DNA from: a virus
Lineage: Duplodnaviria > Caudoviricetes
IMG/VR virus record: IMGVR_UViG_3300025530_000419
Span: 1-37,937 of that record
Reading direction: 5' to 3' (one strand)
Length of the DNA stretch: 37,937 bases
The notes beneath the pieces are model-generated. The model saw nothing but the letters and a program-made list of their open reading frames with translations, made no database searches and had not been told where the DNA came from. The position numbers and the translations under genes are program-made. Shown here in pieces: positions 9,604-17,561 of this stretch (positions within the stretch are counted from its first letter, which is position 1; each line of letters begins with the position of its first letter).

Positions 9604-10005
9604 TTAGTTTTTTGCTTCTTCGATGTCCTCATTGATATCAGTATCAAGTCCAGAAAGTTCCTGCACCGCCTGTGCCAGTTCAGCATATTCACCGACATAA
9701 AGCATTTTCTGCAGCAATGCGGATGCGCCAAATACACCATATGCTTTCTGCAGTTCTGCGTTTGTAAGATCCGGAAATACCACTGCACTGGCCGTAAGCT
9801 CTGATATATATTCAGTTCTATCAAAATATTCCTGGCCCTTTTTGTCTCTTTTGGTGTGTTTCTTTATTAACTGTTTATTCTCCTCCTGAGTTATGGGCCG
9901 AATAATAAAAGGAATCGGTTTTCCGTTTTCCTGGAACCGGGTAGACACAATGATTTCTTTATTTTCTACCTGTATGGGATTAAGAAAAGCTTGCAAACTA
10001 CTCAT
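9604..10005 (-). CDS. Tail assembly chaperone (XkdN-like)
   Basis: V.FPDL.NAELQ.AYGV...LL.KML..GEY motif ending EEAKN; between tube and tape measure genes. Confidence 0.9.
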   Translation of the reverse strand: MSSLQAFLNPIQVENKEIIVSTRFQENGKPIPFIIRPITQEENKQLIKKHTKRDKKGQEYFDRTEYISELTASAVVFPDLTNAELQKAYGVFGASALLQKMLYVGEYAELAQAVQELSGLDTDINEDIEEAKN

Positions 10006-10062
10006 ACATATTCCTCCTCTATAAAATAATTAGGGAGCTAAAATAATAGCCCCCTTTGTTAA

Positions 10063-10536
10063 CTATCTGTAATTTGCCGGCAACACGAAAGATTCTAAAT
10101 TATCAATATTATCAAAGGTAAAGTCAGTATCAAATGTGATAGGGTCATCTGATTCTTCAACCGCAGCTACTGGGACAGTAGCAAATATCACATTTTCCAA
10201 AACCACTTCCTGCTTGCCAACTGAAGACTGAGGATCCTCATTTTTTATCTGAACCTTAATAGGTGCTATTCTGCCCGTTTTAATATATCGGATAGCATTA
10301 TTAAGATGGTCAGAATTCATGAAATATAGGGTTGCACTTCCTGTTCCATTTGCTCCTACTACTTTATGCTGTGTCATTTTATGGCCTAGCATTCTTCTTT
10401 CTTGTACTACCAGTTCAATTTGAGCTCGGATACTCTGCAGTTCAAAAAGTTCACGGTTCTGGCCGTCTACGGTTATGTATGCTTTACCCTCATCTGCGGA
10501 TATTGTATCTGCCAGTCTTGTAAAATTACCTGCCAT
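10063..10536 (-). CDS. Tail tube protein (XkdM/DUF2001-like)
   Basis: Follows the sheath; HKVVG..GTGS.T.Y, EDP.S.VG.Q, DFTFD motifs. Confidence 0.9.
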   Translation of the reverse strand: MAGNFTRLADTISADEGKAYITVDGQNRELFELQSIRAQIELVVQERRMLGHKMTQHKVVGANGTGSATLYFMNSDHLNNAIRYIKTGRIAPIKVQIKNEDPQSSVGKQEVVLENVIFATVPVAAVEESDDPITFDTDFTFDNIDNLESFVLPANYR

Positions 10537-10553
10537 GTGTTATCCTCCTTTCA

Positions 10554-11600
10554 TTATGCCAAATAAACAGTGATGTAGATTTTTTCTACACTGTCTACAG
10601 GCTGAATATAGCAATCAATAACAACCGCATCGGAATCCGTTCCGAGGCTAACTGTCACATCTTCAGGAGTAAAATTCTGAATTGCGTTCATTCGCTGTAA
10701 TTCATTGAAATATTCAATCAGACTTGCTCTCAGGAGTGACCTTCCATCAGCATTGTTATTGACCTTACCAACATAATTGCTCTCGAAGATTTCCACAATG
10801 TCATTGTTTATGCCATCAATAGTGCGGATTACACGGTTCTTCTTAAAAACCTTGCCTTTATCCGCAGTAAGAGTGGTCAGGCTGTTAATATCATAGACAG
10901 CTGTCACGTTTTGCGCTGTGTCAACCTTAAATATCCACTTGCCTGTATTGATTGCAGCTTCCATTTCGGTCTTAGTCATCCTAGGCACAACATCAATAGC
11001 ACCAATATACTTCCTACCGGTATTAGACTGATTGATATTTGCACCAGCTGTCACTCCACCTACCCAAGCAGTACATTGTGCCGATGTGAGCTCCGTTCCA
11101 TCCCCCAGTTTTACACCTTGAGCGACATTGATTATAGCTTCACTGTCTGCTGCGAAATTTGCCATGACTGCCTGTATCTTTACACCTTCTTCCTTGCGCA
11201 TCATATCAACCCAAGTCTTAATTACGGTCTTATTTGTGTCATAGCTTGCCCCGTCATATGGATAAACTAGGACGTTGAAATCTTCCGTCATAAGCCTAGC
11301 CAGAGCCTGTTCTATTATTTCAGAGGTATGCTCAGTCCCTAGGTTATACACAATAACTGTATTAGCACCTTTAAGGGCTTCGTTTACTAGCAGCTTATCA
11401 GCAGCAATTACCCCTTCAGGATACTGACTCTGGTCTAATGCTGTAATTCTATACATGTCACCGGCGGCACCTTTACTCATTTCCTGCAATATAACAACAA
11501 TGCCCCTTTCTCCCGGTGTGATTGAGAGCGGGGCATTGGTGCGGAAATTCAGATATGCACCCGGCAATATTTTATTCTGTGTGGTCCATGTTCCTGCCAT
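10554..11600 (-). CDS. Contractile tail sheath protein (XkdK-like, short form)
   Basis: GTW..QNK.LPGAY.NF N-terminus; DINSLTT...KNRVIR..D.I.ND; QPVDSVEKIY. Confidence 0.93.
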   Translation of the reverse strand: MAGTWTTQNKILPGAYLNFRTNAPLSITPGERGIVVILQEMSKGAAGDMYRITALDQSQYPEGVIAADKLLVNEALKGANTVIVYNLGTEHTSEIIEQALARLMTEDFNVLVYPYDGASYDTNKTVIKTWVDMMRKEEGVKIQAVMANFAADSEAIINVAQGVKLGDGTELTSAQCTAWVGGVTAGANINQSNTGRKYIGAIDVVPRMTKTEMEAAINTGKWIFKVDTAQNVTAVYDINSLTTLTADKGKVFKKNRVIRTIDGINNDIVEIFESNYVGKVNNNADGRSLLRASLIEYFNELQRMNAIQNFTPEDVTVSLGTDSDAVVIDCYIQPVDSVEKIYITVYLA

Positions 11601-11613
11601 GTTCTCACCCTTT

Positions 11614-12021
11614 CTATAAATTTGTATTGGTTTCCAATGTCTGCATTAATTCTGATGACTCGCATATCATTTCAGAGTAGACAACGTCAAATGTCATATG
11701 CAGTACATTGTCTGTTATCCGGACATTCTTGTTTACGGACTTAAATGTCCCGAATGTATCAAATTCTCTTAATAAGGTTTCCTGTACAGTAAGACAATCG
11801 GACTTTATTTCCTGTTTTGCTTTATCTGAGAAATAAGCAATATCAAAGCTGATCCGGCTTTTGTATATATTACCAATCCGTTTTGAATAGTCCTGATCGA
11901 TAGTGTAAATAACAAAGGCCGGTGGAGTAAATTTCTGAGGAATGTCATCCGTATATCTTTTATAGCCCGGATATAATTCTTTCAATTTTTCTGCTATAGC
12001 ACTGATTATTTCATTTATCAT
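11614..12021 (-). CDS. Tail terminator/completion protein
   Basis: Position between HK97 gp10-like gene and sheath; Q.F..PAF and DNVLH..F motifs. Confidence 0.75.
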   Translation of the reverse strand: MINEIISAIAEKLKELYPGYKRYTDDIPQKFTPPAFVIYTIDQDYSKRIGNIYKSRISFDIAYFSDKAKQEIKSDCLTVQETLLREFDTFGTFKSVNKNVRITDNVLHMTFDVVYSEMICESSELMQTLETNTNL

Positions 12022-12436
12022 GCTCTCTGCTCACCCTTCTGACTTCATCCTCAAAGGCTTTAACCAGTTCTTTATCAGCCTGAGATAATGCTCTTTCGAG
12101 CATATACTTGCCCTTGACGAATCCAACTGTCTCACCTTTTCTATTAACAATTCTGTGCCCATCATTAACATAAGAAGCATAATCAGCTGTGTTTACTATT
12201 ACCTTTTTTACCTCGGTTTTACTTTTTATTGTCGGAAGAGCTCGCCAGCTTCTTCTCATGAAGCCCGTTACAACAGGAGTATTTTCTTTAAGTCGACCGA
12301 CAGTTTTGTTACCAACCTTGTTTAGGATAGTCTTATCAATCTCAGATACATCATCCAGCATTTCTATAAGCTCTTTCCTGAATTTATCAATAAGAGCTTT
12401 ATTTCTACGGTAATTACTACTTGAAGAATGGCTCAT
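12011..12436 (-). CDS. HK97 gp10-family neck protein
   Basis: TPV.TG.MRRSW and N.ADYASYVN.GHR motifs. Confidence 0.9.
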   Translation of the reverse strand: MSHSSSSNYRRNKALIDKFRKELIEMLDDVSEIDKTILNKVGNKTVGRLKENTPVVTGFMRRSWRALPTIKSKTEVKKVIVNTADYASYVNDGHRIVNRKGETVGFVKGKYMLERALSQADKELVKAFEDEVRRVSREHDK

Positions 12437-12771
12437 GCTGTATCACTTCGTTTAACCGAAAACTCCTGGTGCGTGCTATACGGAAAACCTTCACCGACCA
12501 TCAGAGACACCTGCCTGCCATTTCTCTGGGTAACGACAACCCGGTCACCTTCCTGCAGGTCCGTATCAAGACTGCAAAAAATAGTATAGGAGTTAACCAG
12601 GGTTGGCACGCCCTCATCTCCTGTATCAGTCAAACTTCCTTTGCTGTAATGGCATTTCACTCCGGTATATTTCAGGGCCTCCCTGCTTTTTGTCACTCTG
12701 TTTTCCTCATATTCTTCGTACCGGTAAATGTCCATCCGGTCCTTCCAAAGTCTTTCAAGTGCCTTACTCAT
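12433..12771 (-). CDS. Head closure/head-tail adaptor protein
   Basis: Size and position; DL..GD.V.V and Y.THQE motifs. Confidence 0.7.
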   Translation of the reverse strand: MSKALERLWKDRMDIYRYEEYEENRVTKSREALKYTGVKCHYSKGSLTDTGDEGVPTLVNSYTIFCSLDTDLQEGDRVVVTQRNGRQVSLMVGEGFPYSTHQEFSVKRSDTA

Positions 12772-13106
12772 CGTCTCAGCCTCCTGAACAGCCTCAGGGC
12801 AGCTTTATCCTTATCGGACAGGCCGTAAATGGTTTCCCTGGAGACCTCATAAGTGTTGTAAGTGATTGATGTATCGCCCTCTTTGATGGATTTCACATCA
12901 AAAACAGCATCTGCCCCATTTTCATTCTCATAGTTAATGATAAGCTGCACTTTCTTCCGGATAAACGGCTCAAGAGCTTCCGGCAATTTTGTCAAATTAC
13001 AGTAGTTCATAACTTCCTGGATAACATCGGAAATCAACAGATCCCTTTCGTTATTATCAATTTTGAGATTTTCCTTAATTTTTGCCATCATTTCATCAGC
13101 GGTCAC
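12768..13106 (-). CDS. Head-tail connector (SPP1 gp15-like)
   Basis: NYCN...LP..LE and VKSIKEGDTSITY motifs; GTG start after an SD. Confidence 0.85.
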   Translation of the reverse strand: MTADEMMAKIKENLKIDNNERDLLISDVIQEVMNYCNLTKLPEALEPFIRKKVQLIINYENENGADAVFDVKSIKEGDTSITYNTYEVSRETIYGLSDKDKAALRLFRRLRR

Positions 13107-13142
13107 TGTATCAACTCCCTTCACAAAAAGAGGGAGCTGATA

Positions 13143-13373
13143 TTACTCAGCGCCCTCATCATCTTCCGGATCCTCTCCAGCGTTTTCATTCTGTGCAGCC
13201 TCAAGCAAAGATAAAAGAGTCGCTCTGTTGGCTCTTTTATCATATTCAATGCCAAGCTCATCAAGTTTAGCCTTCAGCTCCGAAACTGTAGGTCCCATCG
13301 TTTCATTTTTCCTTTGTTGTCTCAAAACATGTTCGCGTAACCTCTTTACTCTTTGTTCATACAAAGTAGACAT
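13143..13373 (-). CDS. Small head-associated protein with HeH/Rho-N-like domain
   Basis: TVSELKAKLDELGIEYDKRANRATLLSLL motif; directly after the capsid gene; SD GAAAGGGTGG. Confidence 0.7.
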   Translation of the reverse strand: MSTLYEQRVKRLREHVLRQQRKNETMGPTVSELKAKLDELGIEYDKRANRATLLSLLEAAQNENAGEDPEDDEGAE

Positions 13374-13417
13374 AAAACCACCCTTTCTTAAATTAAGGGG
13401 AAGCATAAGCCTCCCCA

Positions 13418-14398
13418 TTAATCAATCTTAAACATAAATTTCACGATACGGATCTTCTTAGGCTCATATACACGATTCCAGTGTTCGCCATTTGCCAACT
13501 CTGTAAGACTCGGAAATTTCTTTTCAAGTCCGTCAACCGGTTCAACCCATTTAACTCCACGAGGATGCAAGATGCTTATACGCCTGTTTACGAGGATGTC
13601 TTCACCGGCAAGAGATAAGCCATTACGAACTACCTCAGTTTCTTTGATAACCTCATGCTTACCATTACCCCATGCGATGGCTCCGGCACCAAACAGGTAT
13701 GCTTCGGATGCACCAGTAACAGTGTCAAAAGCAATACTATCATCAACGATAACTCGCTTATTCATGAAGTAAGGTACCCTAACACTACCCTGAGACTCTT
13801 CCCTGTACTCGATTAAGTCATTCTTGGCAAGGAAAGTTTCAGTTGCGCTATGGATCATTATACCGGTAAGAAGATCCTTTGCATCACCCATAAGCTGAAC
13901 AGCATCAAGGAATGTCCTGCCATTGATTAATGCCGCATCGCCGGTTTTACCAGTAATATCATATACTTTATCAGTCATATTGCTTGCCGCAAAAATACCA
14001 TCAAGGATGGACAGCAACACCTGCTGGTAATGCCTATCCCAATAAGCAGCAAAACGGTCAGCAATAGCTTTCATTGGGTCATCACCGGAAAGCAAACTAG
14101 TCAGTGCATTTGCGCCAAAAGATTTAACAAAGCCTAATTTTCTTGCCACATCTTTATTGGTTCCAATATTGCCGGGCTCGCTTTCACCCTGATCATCCAT
14201 TACCTCAGCAGCACCAGTAAGGTCTTCCCAGAACGGCATATTAGCTGTTAAATTAGGACCACTGGCCAACTCATCAAATTCTTTATTGTTCTCTGCGATT
14301 CCGCTCCGAATTAAAGCAGATAACTCCATTGTTCTGTTAATTGTATAAGGCGTAAACACCTCAGGTTGAATTATATCCGCTAATCTGGTTACTGGCAT
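13418..14398 (-). CDS. Major capsid protein (SPP1 gp13-like)
   Basis: TRLADII.PEVF.PY, NMPFW.DL.G, GDDPM.AI, HPRGVKW, W.RVYEPK.I motifs. Confidence 0.93.
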   Translation of the reverse strand: MPVTRLADIIQPEVFTPYTINRTMELSALIRSGIAENNKEFDELASGPNLTANMPFWEDLTGAAEVMDDQGESEPGNIGTNKDVARKLGFVKSFGANALTSLLSGDDPMKAIADRFAAYWDRHYQQVLLSILDGIFAASNMTDKVYDITGKTGDAALINGRTFLDAVQLMGDAKDLLTGIMIHSATETFLAKNDLIEYREESQGSVRVPYFMNKRVIVDDSIAFDTVTGASEAYLFGAGAIAWGNGKHEVIKETEVVRNGLSLAGEDILVNRRISILHPRGVKWVEPVDGLEKKFPSLTELANGEHWNRVYEPKKIRIVKFMFKID

Positions 14399-14429
14399 AA
14401 ATAATTACCTCGCTTTCTTTGATTGATTT

Positions 14430-15032
14430 TTATACGCTTGCCATTAATTGCTTAGCAAGTTCAGGATTTTCTCTCAGAATCCTTCCCTGCTCTGTAAGGT
14501 TAAAATGTTCTTTCGACCAAGGATTTTTCATTCCGGGTGTTGGTTTATCGTTGTTGTATGGAGGGTTTCCCTTGACTTCCGGAACAAATAAATCCTTGTA
14601 TTGTTCTTTGATTTGAACCAACTGATCATCAATACCCAGTACCGTACCATCATCTGTTACAGTAATCTTATTTCGATCAAACTTTGTAATTAACAGATCC
14701 GGATACTTTGCGTCTATTAGCTTTTCACGAATTACTGCATCAATTTTTATGTCTTTAATTTTAGCCTCGTACTGCTCTTTTGTAGCCTTATTAGCTTCCT
14801 GAAGCTCCTTAATTTGATTTGTTAGTTCCTCGTTGTCCTTTACCTGTTTTGCAAGGTCCTTAAGCTGTTTATCTCTTTTCTCAAGCTGTTTTTCTAGCTC
14901 TTTTCTTGCATCGTTTACCTCGTCAAAACGCGCCTTTGGGATAAAACCCTTCAAAGATTCTGTGTATGCTTCAAGGACCTTATTTGCCTGTTCTTCTGTC
15001 AAACCCATTGCGATTAAATCTTCTTTTTTCAT
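14430..15032 (-). CDS. Capsid scaffolding protein (Phage_GP20-like)
   Basis: IPKARFDEVN, coiled coil, C-terminal KNPWSKEHFNLTEQG..L.ENP. Confidence 0.88.
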   Translation of the reverse strand: MKKEDLIAMGLTEEQANKVLEAYTESLKGFIPKARFDEVNDARKELEKQLEKRDKQLKDLAKQVKDNEELTNQIKELQEANKATKEQYEAKIKDIKIDAVIREKLIDAKYPDLLITKFDRNKITVTDDGTVLGIDDQLVQIKEQYKDLFVPEVKGNPPYNNDKPTPGMKNPWSKEHFNLTEQGRILRENPELAKQLMASV

Positions 15033-15044
15033 AAATCCCATCCT

Positions 15045-15120
15045 TTCATCTTCACTTTTTATCCCGGTCGTGTCCGGTGATGTCTTGTTCTTTTACGTCT
15101 GCAATACTAAAAAGACGGCA
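15045..15120 (-). promoter_or_regulatory. Structured 5' leader upstream of the scaffold gene (GP20 RNA motif-like candidate)
   Basis: Two hairpins (GTCT...AGAC and CCGG-ACACGA-CCGG), each followed by a TAAAA tract, just before the SD. Confidence 0.5.
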
Positions 15121-15121
15121 T

Positions 15122-15153
15122 ATAAAAAGGCACCTAACAAATCGCTAGGCACC
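15122..15153 (-). terminator. Rho-independent terminator upstream of the scaffold leader
   Basis: - strand AGGTGCCTAGC-GATTT-GTTAGGTGCCT with G-U pairs, followed by a T-tract. Confidence 0.6.
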
Positions 15154-15543
15154 TAATAATGATCCCGTCGTGTTTCACGACTCCGTCTATCCCCATTGTT
15201 CATAAAAGGAGTCGGTGTTTCCCCCTACCCCTTAATCTACATGAAAGTTAAAAACTTAAAATATTCCATATACCATTAGTTTTTGATATAAATGAATAAT
15301 AAGCTTATAATACGTTCTAACCCAGATAAGGATAAAACCAACAATCTGGATTAAAATGCATTAATCATCTGACGCAGCTACCATTTTGATTTCGTATCCA
15401 TTTTTTACTATTATTTGATCATCATCAGATATTATGGCTATTACTTTTTTATTATCGTCTGCTGTAACTAACCTTCCTGTTTTTTCTTTTGTAATTACAA
15501 TTTGCTCGTATTTATTATCTGCAATAATTAATTTCTCACATCC

Positions 15544-15726
15544 TCAATCTGTCGGTTGTCCTGTTTCAATGACAGCACCTTTACCGCAGTTATAGAATTC
15601 AATATTTTTGAGTAATGTCTTTTCAGGCCTTACGCTGATCCATCTCTTGCAGCATCTTACGCATATTACTTCACTAACTGCATAAGGTTGATTTTTGCTT
15701 ATATCTATTACTTCACCCATATTCAC
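15544..15726 (-). CDS. Small hypothetical protein, possibly a degenerate zinc ribbon
   Basis: VICVRCCKRW...NCG; located in the accessory slot after MuF. Confidence 0.55.
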   Translation of the reverse strand: MNMGEVIDISKNQPYAVSEVICVRCCKRWISVRPEKTLLKNIEFYNCGKGAVIETGQPTD

Positions 15727-15742
15727 CTACAAAATTGGCCAT

Positions 15743-15783
15743 AAAAATACCACCTACCGTTTACTGTTACGATAGATGGTATT
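15743..15783 (-). terminator. Rho-independent terminator after the MuF-associated gene
   Basis: - strand AATACCATCTATCGT...ACGGTAGGTGGTATT followed by TTT. Confidence 0.7.
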
Positions 15784-16066
15784 ATAAAACTTGTCCAAGT
15801 TTCCCGTAATAATCTTCAACTACAACCCACTTGCCTCCAAGTGAACTTCCATCTAATGGTCTAGGATTAGAAATGGAATATAGATAATCTTCTCCGCTAT
15901 CATCAACTACTCGCATCAAGTCGTCTTTTAGGATCTCAATCACATCATATATGCTGCCGTTAGTAAGGCTTACGGCGCCGAAAGATTCACCGACATATTT
16001 TACTTTGCCTATGCTGTCCATTTCCACATATTCATCTTGCTCTGATTGATATACTTTTATTTTCAT
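15782..16066 (-). CDS. Putative immunity/antitoxin protein for the MuF C-terminal domain
   Basis: Start overlaps the MuF stop (ATGA); acidic 94 aa protein with SLT.G.IY.V and RVVDDSGEDYLY motifs. Confidence 0.6.
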   Translation of the reverse strand: MKIKVYQSEQDEYVEMDSIGKVKYVGESFGAVSLTNGSIYDVIEILKDDLMRVVDDSGEDYLYSISNPRPLDGSSLGGKWVVVEDYYGKLGQVL

Positions 16067-17559
16067 AGTTTTTCACCTCGATGCTTCATTTTCATTTCAT
16101 ACTGTTTTCCGTCTAACTCATACCAATGCATATCAAAAACATACTTAGCAGATTCGATTTTTCCAACCTTTTTTATCCAATCATCCGGATTTCCTCCATA
16201 AGTTTTGGACAGTCTTTCTTTATCACGGAGTTCAGTTTTGCTTTTCCCGCCAGCTATTACCTTTGTTGTTTCAAAAATCGTGTTTTTCGGAATAAACAGT
16301 TCTTCCCCATTATATACATATGCAAATTGCTCTTGTAAATACTTGCCTTTTCTTATTATGTCGTATTCAGATTTCAACTCATTCCATTTCTCAGCATCAT
16401 TATACTTCAAATTTTGGAAATCCTCAAGAGAATTTACATTCAAGTCCTTACCCAGTACATCCTGGTATATTTCATATTGCTTCTGATCAGCATATCTATT
16501 CTTCCATTTCTTTTCTTCCAATAAGGCTTTTGGGTTGTCTTTTACATACTTTTCATACCACTTTTCATAAGTCATATCAGCCGGTACCTCGTATGACTTA
16601 CCTGTCACAGGATCCCTGGCCACTCTTTTTTCCTTTGATGAGTCATCGTCTTCATACACTGGCACTGTAGTAGTTCTGCAATGAGGATGATACGGAGGAT
16701 AGTTCACACCAGTAATTGCATTACCAACATCATAAATCTTTGCGTCCTCTTCCCGGCATACATCAGATGTCTTATGGTCTAATGTGGCAAGTATTTTATA
16801 TTTCTCTACACCATCCTCTTTGTATCCAGCCAGTGTCCCCTGTTCCAGGATGAAGGATCCTTCCGTATGTAGCAGTCGGTATGCTTCATATTCTTTAGTC
16901 TTAAATATCTTTGCAAAATCTGAAGCTAAGGTTTGAGGATTCCTGCCCTGAATCAGCATAGTTGTGATGGACTCATTAAGTTTCGCCAGCATATGGTCCT
17001 TTTGCTTCCATATCCGAGTAGAAAAATCAGCACCATTGAAAGGATATTTTATTAATTCGTCAATTGTCCTGGCACCTATCTGAGCAAAATTCTGATGGAA
17101 ACCATGATATACTTCAATGTTATACCATGTACGATAATATGCATCCGTATAGACCTCTTTCAGAAGCTCTTCACCCTTATATTGATACTCAATGCCATAT
17201 AGTTGCTGTAGTATAGCATCAATCTGTTTTTCAAGCGCCTGATACCGGGTTATTCTGGCCCGGATGCTCATATTATTGAGTTCCAGGTTGTACTTGCCCA
17301 TATTCTCATATGCCTTAGCAATAAAGTCTTTCAGCTCTCCCAGTTCCATCTGATTAAGCTTAATTTGAGCGCTTGCAAAGGAAAGTTGGTTCTCCTCAGC
17401 AAAGCGCCAATAAAAATTATTTATAACGGACTGTATCTCACGTTTTGCCTGCTCAAAAGACTTTTTCAGACCCCTGTAGTAATCATTGATTTTCTTTTCA
17501 CCGGCAAGGTATTTCTGCTCCTGACGCTTTTCCCAGTAAGATTTATTCTTTTTGGCCAA
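16063..17559 (-). CDS. Minor head protein (MuF/SPP1 gp7) with C-terminal putative toxin domain
   Basis: Follows the portal; MuF motif ATLD.KTS.VC...D...NYPPYHPHCRTTT; about 190 aa extension ending in an IAG...RD..RL...YGG....W.K..G...HWYE domain. Confidence 0.88.
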   Translation of the reverse strand: MAKKNKSYWEKRQEQKYLAGEKKINDYYRGLKKSFEQAKREIQSVINNFYWRFAEENQLSFASAQIKLNQMELGELKDFIAKAYENMGKYNLELNNMSIRARITRYQALEKQIDAILQQLYGIEYQYKGEELLKEVYTDAYYRTWYNIEVYHGFHQNFAQIGARTIDELIKYPFNGADFSTRIWKQKDHMLAKLNESITTMLIQGRNPQTLASDFAKIFKTKEYEAYRLLHTEGSFILEQGTLAGYKEDGVEKYKILATLDHKTSDVCREEDAKIYDVGNAITGVNYPPYHPHCRTTTVPVYEDDDSSKEKRVARDPVTGKSYEVPADMTYEKWYEKYVKDNPKALLEEKKWKNRYADQKQYEIYQDVLGKDLNVNSLEDFQNLKYNDAEKWNELKSEYDIIRKGKYLQEQFAYVYNGEELFIPKNTIFETTKVIAGGKSKTELRDKERLSKTYGGNPDDWIKKVGKIESAKYVFDMHWYELDGKQYEMKMKHRGEKL

Positions 17560-17561
17560 TG

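Noticed and set aside
13374-13430. Frameshift fusion of capsid to the downstream HeH protein
   Set aside because: No slippery heptamer, a TGA blocks the -1 frame before the capsid stop, and the small gene has its own SD
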